Below are positions 25,852-36,300 of a stretch of 46,615 nucleotides of DNA, in pieces. This DNA is from a virus (lineage: Duplodnaviria > Caudoviricetes), in the IMG/VR virus record IMGVR_UViG_3300048858_000122, positions 1-46,615 of that record; one strand, written 5' to 3'. A program made the translations under genes and the position numbers. Numbering within the stretch: the first letter of the stretch is position 1; every line of letters starts with the position of its first letter. Below the pieces are notes generated by a model, which searched no databases, was not told the origin of the DNA, and saw only the letters and a program-made list of their open reading frames with translations.

Positions 25852-27063
25852 ATGTCCGATACAAACGAATTGCTCAAGAGCGTTTCCGCCGAACTGGCGA
25901 AAGCCACCAGCGAATTCAGCACCAAGGCCGAATCGGCACTGGCCGAAGCGAAGAAAGCAGGCAACCTGTCTGCTGAAACCAAGGCCGCCGTCGACGAGCT
26001 AGCGCTGAAGTTCAACTCCCTGACCGAGGCCGAGAAGCAGCTCAAGGCCAAGCTGGGCGAAGTTGAGCAGGAGTTCGCCCGCCTGCCATCGGCCAGCACG
26101 CCACAGAACCGCGACAGCCTCGGTCAAACCGTTATCAAAAGCGAGGCGCTGAAGGCCTTCGCTGCGAGCCTTGAGGGCGGCAAGCGCGTCAACATCCCGG
26201 TCAGTGCTGCGCTGCTGTCGACTGACGTCGCTCAGGGCGTCGTAGAGCCGCAGCGCCTGCCTGGCATTGATACGCCGGCGAAGCAGCGCCTGTTCATCCG
26301 TGACCTGATTGCGCCTGGTCGTACCACGTCGCCGGCTATTTTCTGGGTCCAGCAGACTGGCTTCGTCAACGCCGCGAAAGTGGTGGCCGAGGGCATGGCG
26401 AAGCCGTACTCGAGCATCAACTTTGCCTCCAAGCTGACCGGTGTGTCCACGATCGCGCACATGTTCAAAGCTTCCAAGCAGATCATGGACGACTTCGCTC
26501 AGTTGCAGTCCACCATCGATGTGGAAATGCGCTACGGCCTGAAGTACGCGGAAGAGCAGGAAATTCTGTTTGGCGACGGCACCGGCGTTCATCTGCACGG
26601 CATCGTGCCTCAAGCATCGGTCTTCGATCCGGCGTTTGAGGTTGAGGCCCGCTCCGGGATAGACGACCTGCGTCTGGCGATGCTGCAGGCACAGTTGGCC
26701 CGTCTGCCAGCTTCCGGTCACGTCCTTCACTTCATCGACTGGGCGAAAATCGAGCTGACCAAAGATTCGCTGGGCCGCTACATCCTGGCGAACCCGCTGG
26801 GTCTGGCAGGTCCGGTGCTGTGGGGCCTTCCGGTGGTGGCTACTGAAGCGGCCGGCTTCCAGGGCAAGTTCCTGACTGGCGCCTTCCAGACCGGCGCGCA
26901 GCTGTTCGACCGTGAAGATGCCAACGTGGTGATCTCCACCGAGAACGCCGACGACTTCGAGAAAAACCTGATCTCGGTCCGTTGCGAAGAGCGCGTCGCG
27001 CTGGCGGTCAAGCGCCCTGAGGCGTTCATCTACGGCGCGTTCAACGCCCCCGTCACCCCTTAA
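25852..27063 (+). CDS. Major capsid protein (HK97 fold)
   Basis: N-terminal delta coiled coil, RLFIRDLI, LFGDGTG..L.GI, LWGLPVV, EER.ALAV.RPEAF. Confidence 0.96.
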   Translation: MSDTNELLKSVSAELAKATSEFSTKAESALAEAKKAGNLSAETKAAVDELALKFNSLTEAEKQLKAKLGEVEQEFARLPSASTPQNRDSLGQTVIKSEALKAFAASLEGGKRVNIPVSAALLSTDVAQGVVEPQRLPGIDTPAKQRLFIRDLIAPGRTTSPAIFWVQQTGFVNAAKVVAEGMAKPYSSINFASKLTGVSTIAHMFKASKQIMDDFAQLQSTIDVEMRYGLKYAEEQEILFGDGTGVHLHGIVPQASVFDPAFEVEARSGIDDLRLAMLQAQLARLPASGHVLHFIDWAKIELTKDSLGRYILANPLGLAGPVLWGLPVVATEAAGFQGKFLTGAFQTGAQLFDREDANVVISTENADDFEKNLISVRCEERVALAVKRPEAFIYGAFNAPVTP

Positions 27064-27105
27064 CTCAAGCCGGGCCGCTCAAAAGGCGGCCCACCGGAGG
27101 CAATC

Positions 27106-27366
27106 ATGAAGCTGAAGACGCTGAAACCGCTGTATCTGGGCGGACAAACGCTGGTCGAGGGCACGTCCTTCGAAACCATCGAGCAGCACGGACGCGAGCT
27201 GATTCAGAAAGGCTACGCCGAGCCAGACTCGGGTGACGACGAGTCCGTTGTTGTTCTGAGCGAAGAAGATGCCGCTGGCGCCGGCGTATTGACCAGCGCC
27301 GCGTTGGCCGCTCCTGCGAAGACTGAAAAGTCCAAGAAGCCGGACAAGCCTGCGAAGGGCGAGTGA
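27106..27366 (+). CDS. Small head-associated hypothetical protein
   Basis: GGAGG RBS; LIQKGYAE motif and Lys/Pro-rich tail. Confidence 0.7.
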   Translation: MKLKTLKPLYLGGQTLVEGTSFETIEQHGRELIQKGYAEPDSGDDESVVVLSEEDAAGAGVLTSAALAAPAKTEKSKKPDKPAKGE

Positions 27367-27367
27367 C

Positions 27368-27709
27368 ATGTCGGTCATCGATATCGGCGTAGCCATGCGG
27401 CATTGCCGCGCCGAGGAAGGCGATCGCGATGACGTGCTTTTGAAGCTGGAGGCGGCCGAGGAATCTGCCGCGCTCTACCTGAATCGATCGTTCTACGCGG
27501 ATGCAGAAGCCATGGCCGCCGCCGTGCTGGATGGTACGGCCGGCGACGATCCGATCGTTGTCACCAAGGCCATCACGGCGGCGTGTTTGCTCATCCTGGG
27601 CAACCTGTACGCGAACCGCGAGGATGTAGTGATTGGCGTCAGCGTCTCCGACTTGCCGCAGGGATCCCGCTCGCTGCTGAGTCCCTACCGCGTTGATCTG
27701 GGGGTCTGA
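27368..27709 (+). CDS. Head-tail connector (gp6-like)
   Basis: AAEESAALYLNR; ACLLILGNLYANRE; LLSPYR. Confidence 0.9.
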   Translation: MSVIDIGVAMRHCRAEEGDRDDVLLKLEAAEESAALYLNRSFYADAEAMAAAVLDGTAGDDPIVVTKAITAACLLILGNLYANREDVVIGVSVSDLPQGSRSLLSPYRVDLGV

Positions 27710-28029
27710 TGAGAGCAGGAAACCTTCGGCATGAGTGTTCGGTGCAGACAAAGCAGCGCGTGCCTGACGGCATGGGCGGCGGGGTCGACGGCTGGATTGA
27801 AACCCGGAAGATCTGGGCAGAAATCACCGCGCCTACCGGCCGGACGTCTCCCGTTTCCCAGCAGCTCACAGCGCTGGTGACCGCAGAGATAAAGGTCAGG
27901 CCCGCGGGGGATCTAGTGGCCGGGGTTCGCTTGGTCAATTCGGGCGTTACCTACCTTATCGAGGCGGCGCTTCCGGACAACGACCGATCCATGCTTCGTC
28001 TGTTGTGTTCAAACGTTCCACACCCCTGA
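27709..28029 (+). CDS. Head closure / head-tail adaptor
   Basis: MRAGNLRH..DGMGG...W....IWAEI. Confidence 0.88.
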   Translation: MRAGNLRHECSVQTKQRVPDGMGGGVDGWIETRKIWAEITAPTGRTSPVSQQLTALVTAEIKVRPAGDLVAGVRLVNSGVTYLIEAALPDNDRSMLRLLCSNVPHP

Positions 28030-28036
28030 GGTCCTT

Positions 28037-28228
28037 ATGAAAGTTAAAGCACTGGCAAAACTGTCCACTGCCCAAGGCTGGAAAGCTGCGGGCGACGAAT
28101 TCACCGTGAACGCGGCCGATGCCGAAGAGCTGATTTCTCGCGGTCTGGTCGAGCGCTCTGAAGCTGAGCCTGTTGCCGATCCTGAGCCGGCTGCGAAAGC
28201 AACCAAACCCGCCAAACCGAAGGCCTGA
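28037..28228 (+). CDS. Small hypothetical virion protein
   Basis: GAGG RBS; GDEF.V...AEELISRGLVE. Confidence 0.65.
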   Translation: MKVKALAKLSTAQGWKAAGDEFTVNAADAEELISRGLVERSEAEPVADPEPAAKATKPAKPKA

Positions 28229-28230
28229 CC

Positions 28231-28656
28231 ATGGGCCGGCGGTCAAGCGTTCAGGGTGATATCAAGCTTCGCGGCCTGTTGCGCCGGATCGGCAACGAGA
28301 TCGAGAGCGACCTGCGCCCGGCCATGGTTCAGGCAGCAGACCTGGTGCTGCAAACTCAGACGTTCCTGATCCCTCGGGATACCGGCGATGCGGCGGAAAC
28401 GCTCACGTCTTTCGTCTCGAAAAGCGGGCTGGATGCGGAAATCGGCATCAGGGGCAAGAGAAACAACACGCGGTACTTCTATACGAAGTTCCTCGAGTAC
28501 GGCACCAAGGGTTACGCCCGGGGCGAAACGCAGATCCCAGCCCGGGCAGCGCATCCGTGGTTGCGTCCGTCCTACGATCTCAACCGCGAGCAGATCATTT
28601 TGCTGATCAGCAGAGCGATCGATTCCACGTTGCGCAAGGCTGCGGAGGCCAAATGA
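28231..28656 (+). CDS. HK97 gp10-like tail component
   Basis: IPRDTG, YTKFLEYGT, AHPWLRPS. Confidence 0.88.
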   Translation: MGRRSSVQGDIKLRGLLRRIGNEIESDLRPAMVQAADLVLQTQTFLIPRDTGDAAETLTSFVSKSGLDAEIGIRGKRNNTRYFYTKFLEYGTKGYARGETQIPARAAHPWLRPSYDLNREQIILLISRAIDSTLRKAAEAK

Positions 28657-29039
28657 GTGATCCAGGCCTCGCGCTGCAGAAGGCGCTATTCGAGAAGTTG
28701 TCGGCCAACCTGACGGCGCCAGTGTTCGATGCCGTGCCCGCCGGGACGCCGTATCCGTATGTGACCTTGGATTACGAGGTCACCGACAACACGACGCCAG
28801 TCAGCGGCAAGAAACGCGAAAACCGCCTGTTCTACCTGTCGGTCTGGTCGGACTATCAGGGCCAGGCGGAAGTGAAGCGCATCAATAGCGAGATCGCCGA
28901 GGCGCTGGATGAAGTTGCGCTGCCGCTGAGCACGGGCACCGCCGTCTCTGTCCGCGTGCTGCGCACGGAAACGAACCGCGAACCGGACGGAAAGACCTAC
29001 ATGGGATCGGTGACCCTTCGGATCATCACCCAGCACTGA
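28653..29039 (+). CDS. Tail terminator (DUF3168-like)
   Basis: MSDP.LALQKAL, VFDAVP...PYPYV, LSVWS...G..EVKRI. Confidence 0.85.
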   Translation: MSDPGLALQKALFEKLSANLTAPVFDAVPAGTPYPYVTLDYEVTDNTTPVSGKKRENRLFYLSVWSDYQGQAEVKRINSEIAEALDEVALPLSTGTAVSVRVLRTETNREPDGKTYMGSVTLRIITQH

Positions 29040-29059
29040 CTCCGCCGAGCAACACCAAC

Positions 29060-29082
29060 ACCCGCCATCGAGCGGGTTTTTT
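29060..29082 (+). terminator. Rho-independent terminator
   Basis: ACCCGC-CATCGA-GCGGGTTTTTT. Confidence 0.7.
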
Positions 29083-29118
29083 ATTGCCAAAAAACCACCC
29101 GCGCCCTGGAGGGCAACC

Positions 29119-29598
29119 ATGACTATCAAAACTTCTGCCGGCGTTCGAGTCCTGATCGGCCCGGCCCAAAATGTCACCTACGGTGAAGACACTGCCGGCC
29201 GGGCCGCTGCGCTGACTGCCTTAAAGGCTCTGACCTACGTCGAGATCGGCGAGGTGGAAGACGCCGGCGAGCTGGGCGACGAGGCCAGCACTGCTGATTT
29301 CACCGCGTTGGCTAACCGCCGCAAGCGCAAAGTCAAAGGCACATTCGACGCCGGCACCCAGCAGGTCACCTTGGGTTCTGACCCGACTGATGCCGGCCAG
29401 AAAGCGCTGAAGGCAGCTCTGTCCAGCGACTCCAACTTCGCTTTCCAGATGGATTACGGCGACGGCACGGCCGATTTCTACCTTGGTCAGGTGCTGAGCT
29501 TCCGCAAACAGATCGGCACCGCTGAATCGATCCGCAAGGCCTCGGTGTCGGTAGCGATCAACTCCGCGATCTACGAGCAATCCGCGCCGGCAGCGTAA
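29119..29598 (+). CDS. Major tail tube protein
   Basis: EIGEVEDAGELG, RKRKVKG..DAG, D.TDAGQ; position. Confidence 0.85.
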   Translation: MTIKTSAGVRVLIGPAQNVTYGEDTAGRAAALTALKALTYVEIGEVEDAGELGDEASTADFTALANRRKRKVKGTFDAGTQQVTLGSDPTDAGQKALKAALSSDSNFAFQMDYGDGTADFYLGQVLSFRKQIGTAESIRKASVSVAINSAIYEQSAPAA

Positions 29599-29683
29599 GG
29601 CTCGCAGCTCAACGCAATGCACAGGCGTCGCCATCGCGGCGCCTGTATTGAATCTCCCCACTTCCTGTAAGGAACACTGATCC

Positions 29684-30043
29684 ATGTCCAAGACTGACCA
29701 CGGCGCAACTGAAGTAATCGTCGGTGCTGAAACCTACAGCCTGGCTTTCACCCTCAAAGCGGTGAAGAACATCGAACGTCGTTTTGGCGGCCTGTCCCCG
29801 GCTTTGCAAGAAGTGCAGAAGCTGAGCCTGAACGTCGCGGCCTCCATCATCGCGGCCGGCGCGAATCTGACGCTGAAGCCGAAAGAGTTCGAAGCGCTGG
29901 AAGAAGAAATCTACGAGCACGGCATCGGCGAGGTCACGCCGCCGCTGATCCAGTATCTGCTGGCGCTGCTCAACCCTGCAGCCAAGAGCGAAGAAGAGCT
30001 CGCGAAGGATGCGGAAGAGGGCACGGGCAAAGCAAAAAAGTAA
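29684..30043 (+). CDS. Tail assembly chaperone (G-like)
   Basis: Position after the tail tube gene; ends in slippery A AAA AAG TAA. Confidence 0.85.
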   Translation: MSKTDHGATEVIVGAETYSLAFTLKAVKNIERRFGGLSPALQEVQKLSLNVAASIIAAGANLTLKPKEFEALEEEIYEHGIGEVTPPLIQYLLALLNPAAKSEEELAKDAEEGTGKAKK

Positions 30044-30294
30044 ACCGCCCGGGCAATGGCAGCTATGTGGACGAGGTTTTCTGTCTCGCTACTGGCAGCC
30101 TCCAGTGGTCGCCGCGCGACGCGTGGGAAACGCCTGTGCCGCAAATCCTGATGGCTTGGGAAGCTCGCATGGAGTTCCTCCGCGCTACGAACCCGTTCGG
30201 CAAGACTGATAAGCCGCCCGGGCCACCGCCAGGCGAGACGCCGGAGGAAAAACGCCAGCGAATCAAGGCCCAAATCCGTGGCGCCCGGGGGTGA
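30034..30294 (+). CDS. -1 frameshift extension (GT-like chaperone)
   Basis: AAAAAAG at 30034-30040; -1 frame open (VNRPGNGSYVDEVF..LQWSPRDAWET) to 30294. Confidence 0.8.
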   Translation, partial: KKVNRPGNGSYVDEVFCLATGSLQWSPRDAWETPVPQILMAWEARMEFLRATNPFGKTDKPPGPPPGETPEEKRQRIKAQIRGARG

Positions 30295-30354
30295 TTTCGG
30301 CCCGGGACCGAAGTATGGACATCCCCAGTCAGGCCTGAACAATCAATTACAACG

Positions 30355-30379
30355 AACCGGTTCAACAGCCGGTTTTTTT
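30355..30379 (+). terminator. Terminator-like hairpin before the tape measure gene
   Basis: AACCGGTT-CAAC-AGCCGGTTTTTTT. Confidence 0.6.
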
Positions 30380-30395
30380 CGCCCGGAGAAAATGC

Positions 30396-33300
30396 ATGGC
30401 AGGTCAAGAAGTTCGCGGGATGCTGATCCGGCTTGAGGCGACGACTGCACAACTCCGTCAAGAGATGGATCGAGCAGACGCCTCTGTCACGAAGGCAACC
30501 GGGCGAATCGATGCCCAGCTGAGCAAAGTTGATACCGCATTTGACCGCGCTGCCAAAAGCGCGCAGTCAGCAGCAGGGATCCTCAAGGGCGCCTTGTCGC
30601 TCGCGATCGGCGGCGCAAGCGTAAGCGCCATCATTGATCAGGCGGAGGCATATACCACCGTCGCCAACCGATTGAAGCTGGTGACATCTTCCAGCAAGGA
30701 ATTCACCGAGGCGCAGAGCGCTGTCTTCAGCATCGCGCAAAAATCAGGTCAGCCACTCGGCGCGACCGCCGAGCTCTATCAGCGCATCGCTTCTAACCAG
30801 AAAGAGCTGAAGCTGAGCGGCCAAGGCGTTGCCGGGATTGTCGAAACGATCTCCAAAACTCTGGTCATCAGTGGCGCTTCCGCTTCGTCGGCGGATGCTG
30901 CCCTTGTGCAACTCGGTCAGGCCTTCGCTTCAGGTACGCTGCGCGGCGAAGAGCTCAACTCGGTTCTGGAGCAGGCCCCGGCACTGGCGCAAGCGATCGC
31001 TAAGGGCATGGGGAAAACCGTAGGTGAGCTTCGAAATCTGGGTACTGAAGGCAAGTTGACGTCGGCCGCAGTTGTGGCGGCCTTACAAGCCCAAGCAGCC
31101 GCGGTAGACGGGCTCTTCAATCAGATGCAGAGCACTATCGGTACTGCGCTGACTCGTATCCAGACCTCCTTCACGCGAATCATCGGCGAGACCGACAAGC
31201 TGTCCGGGACCAGCGTCTCGCTGGCTGGCGCGGTCAACCAGGCATCGCGGGCGCTGGACCAGATCAAGGTCCCCGAGGCGTTTGCGGTCATCTCGGAGCA
31301 CGCCGAGACCCTGTCCACCGTCCTGAACGTTGTTTTGTATGCGGCGCTTGGCAAGGTGGCCGCCGGCCTCGCGCAGTGGACGGCTGCGTCTGGCGCGTCT
31401 GTTCTTGCCAACCAGAAGGCCCTGACGGCTGCCGCGAGGACTGCGCAGCAGGACCTTTTGTCAGCGGAAGCGAAGCAGCTCGACGCTCGCGCACTTGTGG
31501 CGCGAGCTGGACAGGAACTGCAGGCGGCCCAGACAAAGGTGGCCGCGGATCGGCTGCGTCAAGAGTCGGAACTCGCCGGCGTGCGCACCGTGCAAGCAGC
31601 ATTGGTTGCGGAGATGGCGCTGGAGCAGGAGCGTCTCAAAGCGCAAATATCCGAGACTGGGCGAAACGCAGCTTTGGCGCGGATGGTCGAGATCCGCGGG
31701 GCACAGATTGCTATCACCAAGCAGATGGAAGCCGCTGAGCGCTCGCTCGCCGCTACCACTGTAGCGACATCAGTCCAAATACAGGCGGCGAACGCGCAGG
31801 TTACGGCTTCTAAGGTGGCCCTTGCTGAAACGACCCTGGCGGTAAATGCGGCATCCGTTGCGTCACAGAATGCCGCTGCCTCTGCATCTATTGCGGCTCG
31901 TGCGTGGGGTAGTTTGAGGGCTGGCGCTGCCGGGCTTCTCGGGTTGCTGGGCGGGCCTGTTGGCTTGGCGTTTATGGCTGGCGCAGTTGCGCTGTCATTT
32001 GTCGATTTCAGTGACAAGTCCAAAACGTTAATGGGGGACCTGGGCGACCTCGGCAAATCCGTCGACCAGGTGCGCACCGAATTTAACAAGCTGAACGAGG
32101 ATCAGCAGCGCGCCCAGGTCAACACCTGGAAGGACAAACAGCTTGGGGCAACCCTCGCCGTCGAGAATGCTTACAAGGACCTGAAAAGTGCAGTTCAGGG
32201 TGCGCTGATCGAGCCTCCTAATCCCGACATGGTGGATACGGCAAAGATCGCCGATCAGGTTCGCGCGTATGACGGGCTTGTCGCCAAAATGGATGCCGCT
32301 CGCGCTTCGGGCCAGTCACTCGGCCCCATTTTGCGGGAAGCAGCAGCGAACGGTCAGATCTCGCCGGAACAGCTGCGGCAGTGGGAAACGCTTGCCGGCT
32401 CGCTGAGCGACAACGCGGCTGTGGCTGCCCAGGTCAAAACGCGCCTTGACGAAATGACCGGCGCACTCAACAAAAATACGGTTGCGACCCAGGCGAACAA
32501 CCAGGCCAAAGCTGGCTTCACCGCCGAGGGCGAGAAGTACCTGGATACGATCCAGAAGCAGCTGGCTGGCCTGCAGGATGGTGGGGACGCCATAAAAGAG
32601 GCGAACAGGTACATCGCAGAGCACTCGGCGCTCTCTGAGGCCGACCGTGTTGCAATCCTTTCGACGGCCAATGCCATTGAGGTCAACAAGGCCGCCACAA
32701 AGGCTTCGAAAGACGAAACCAAACTTGGAAACGCCGCCGCCCGCGAAGCAGCCACGGAGCTGAAGAACCAGCAAAAGGCTCTCGAAGAGCTCACCACGAA
32801 GTCGGGAATTTCCGCCAAGGCTGCCAGCGATCTCGCAGACGCTTATCTCGCTGGGGTCGACAACATCCGCGCGATCACTCTTCAACAAAAGGTTGAGGAA
32901 GAACTGCTCAAAACTGGCGCAGCAGCGCGCGGAAAAGTCACGGCAGCCATAAACGCTCAGATGGCGGCGGAAGACCGCCGTGACGTGGCGAAGAACATCG
33001 CGGATCTGCGCGTGGAAGCAACGCAGACTCTTGCTCAGGCAACCGCCACCCTGCAGGGTGCAGACGCACTTGAAACTTTCAATGTGCAGAAGTCGATGCA
33101 GCTGGCGTTGGTAGGGAAAAGCATCGAGTACGGCTCCAAAGAGTATGACCAACTGCTGCAAGCTACGCGTGCCCAGTTGGAGCACAACAAGGCTCTGGAG
33201 CAAGCCGGCGCGGCAAACAGCATCGTCGATCGGCTTTATCCTCAGACGAAACTTTTGCGCGATTACACCCAAGAGCAGGAAGCACTGAACAAGGCGATCG

Positions 33301-36300
33301 AGCTTTATCCTGAAAAGGCCGATGCATACCGCGATGCGCTTCAGCGACTGGGCGTCGAGTACCAGCAGAACAAGAACGCCGCGACAAGCTGGGGTCAGTT
33401 CACCGAAGGCGCGATTGATCGGATCGACGATGCATTCGCGGACATGTGGAAGTCTGTGCTGAGCAAGTCCGGCAACTTCATGGACACGCTCAAGGACAGC
33501 TTCCGGCAGTTCCTGGCGGAAATGCTTCACATGGCGATCACTAAGCCAATCCTCGTTCAGTTCGCCAGCGCGCTGGGTGTGGGCGGCGCTCAGGCTCAAT
33601 CCTCGGGGCTGTTTGGAGATCTGACCGGCGGCGGTGGGGGTGGGCTGACGTCGTGGCTCGGTACCGCCAAAAACGTTTTCTCTGTCGCGAGCAGCAATTT
33701 CGGGCAGTCCATCATGGCTGGTTGGAATGCAGGCGAGGGCATTGTCGGTGGCATCCAAGGCGCGTTTGGCAATGGGGCTTCCTACGTCAAAGATGCGATC
33801 GCGAGTGGCTTTACTGCTGGCTCAGCTACTGCAAGCGCCGTAGCGTCGACCACAGCGGAAAGCCTGACGACCACCTTGGCCAACTCGTACGCCAGTTACG
33901 GCGCACAGTTCGGGACAGGGGTGGCCCAGGGCTCCTTTAGCGGTGCTGCTTCATCTGCCTCGGCGTCAGCCGCTTCTTCCAGCCTCAGCGCTCTGAGCGC
34001 CACTTTGAGCTATGTCGGCGCGGTGTATGCAGTCATTCAGTCGTACCAGGCATACGGGGCGAAGGGCGCGGCTACCACGGCAGGCTTTGCCGCTGCTGGC
34101 GCTGCCATCGGTTCCGTGGTTCCTGTTATCGGTACCGCACTTGGGGCAGCAATTGGCGCGGTCATCGGCTCTATTGCTTCCAGTTCGCTCTTCGGCAGCG
34201 GGGAGAAGTACCGCGATCTGAGCACATCGGCCACAGGGCACTACGATAACGGCGTGTACACGGATCAGGGCATAGCGACCACTTGGCAGCGTAAGGCGCC
34301 GAAATATGGCGCCGCTGCCGATAACGCCATGTCATCCACTCTGAATAAATTCGCCTCAACGCTCGGCAACCTCTATGAGGCGCTTGGCAATGGAGCGGAG
34401 GTATCGGCTTACAGCACTCTGCAGCAGCGCAAGACCTCTGGGAAATACTCGAGCACGTTCGGCGCTCAGTTGGACGATGGTTCAGTCATCAGCGCGAAGC
34501 AGCAGTTCAAGGCGAATGACATCGCGTCGGCGTTGACCGCTGACTATGACGACATCATGGGCACCTTCCTCGCGAAGGCGATCGTGAGTTCGAAGTCGCT
34601 GCCGGAGTACTTCAAATCCCAGTTCACGGCCTTCGCCAACGACTGGAACACGACGGCTGACCAGGTCATCAAGGCGATCGAGGGCGTCTTCACCCGCTTC
34701 AACGGGGTGAACGACGCGCTGTCCTTGATCAACGTCGCGAACCTGAAGCTGGATAACACCGGCCTCATTGCCTCCGATGCGATCCTGAACATGATCGGCG
34801 CGCTCGCCGACCTGGACAGCACCACCGCAACTGCGAAGGAAAAGGTCGACGCGCTCAACAAAAGTGTGGGCACCTACTACCAAGCTTTTTTCAGCGCGGA
34901 CGAGCAATTCGCCGACCTGACCAAAAGCCTGCAGGGTGCGTTCGCTGGCTTCGGCCTGAAGCTGCCGGACACGCGTTCCGCCTATCGCAAGATGGTTGAA
35001 GACATTGACGTCACGAACACAGCGGGCCAGGCGATGTTCGCGACGATGATGGGTTTGGCAACCAACGCGGATGCCTACTACACGCAGATCGACAAACAGG
35101 CGCAGGCTGCAGTGGATGCAGCCAAGGAGGCAGCACAGGCGGCCGCAGATGCATGGTCGAACTACTACGGCCTGTTCACTTCTGACACCCAGAAAGCCGC
35201 CGACACTTTGTCGCTGGTCGGTCAGCAGTTCGCCGCGCTGAGCTTGGCTATGCCTGCAACGCGGGACGGCTTCGCCGCAATGGTGGGGTCTATTGACCAG
35301 ACGACCGAAAAAGGCAAGGCGATGTTTGCCTCGCTGCTCGGGCTGGCGACCAACGCTGATGCCGCTTTCGACATCCTCGAGGCTCAGACCGCTGCGGCGA
35401 ATGAAGCGGCGGCAGCCGCTGCTCAGGCCGCCAAGGACGCCGCGACCGCAGTCAAGGATGCTTTGAATGTCGCAGTCACCAACAGCCTATCCGCCGTGCA
35501 ACGAGCAATCAGTGCACAGCAGGAAGCCGCTGAAGCCGCCTTTAACGCAACGAGCGCGTCGATCAACGACATGCTCGACACGGCCAATACGCGGGTAAGC
35601 GACCTCACTGCCGTCAGCAACAGTCTCGGTGCTGCCCTGAAGTCTCTGCGCGGTGACTCTGACGCAGCGGTGCAGATGCTCCGTCGCCAGGCGCAGGCCA
35701 CTTTGCAAAGCGCACTTGCCACGGCGCGAGCCGGCGGGTCGTTGGCGAACTTCAGTGGTTTGGACGACGCGCTGAATGCGGTCACCAGTAACACCACCGA
35801 CCTGTATTCATCGCTTGAGGACTTCAACCGCGATCAAGGCCGCACGGCCAACGTGGTGGCGGAACTCAACCTGCTGAACGGCAAGCAGCTGACCAACGCC
35901 GAGAAATCGGCGAAGGCGCTGCAAGATCAGCTCGATCAGGCGAAGAAGGCGTATGACGCGCAGGTGGCGCAGTTCGATTCGCAACTGGCATTTGCTCAGT
36001 CGCAGTTGGATGCGTTGAACGGCGTCGACACATCGGTGCAGTCGGTGGCCGTTGCCATCCAACAAATGAACGCCGCCGTTGTGGCTGCGCTCCAGGCGCA
36101 GGAAACGGGAGCGGCTGCCGGCAACACGTACGACAACAACGTCGCGTTGATTCGATCGGTTTACAAGCAGGTTCTCGGTCGGGATCTGGATGGGAACGGC
36201 CTTGCGACCTGGACGGCGGGCCTGGCTAACGGGACGGTCACCTACGCCAACCTGGTCGACATGATCGCCAAGGGCGGCAAGGCGAACGCCGAAACCGTGA

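Noticed and set aside
32316-33758. 480-aa minus-strand ORF and other long antisense ORFs across the structural genes
   Set aside because: Shadows of the tape measure, portal and capsid genes; no RBS or motif support.
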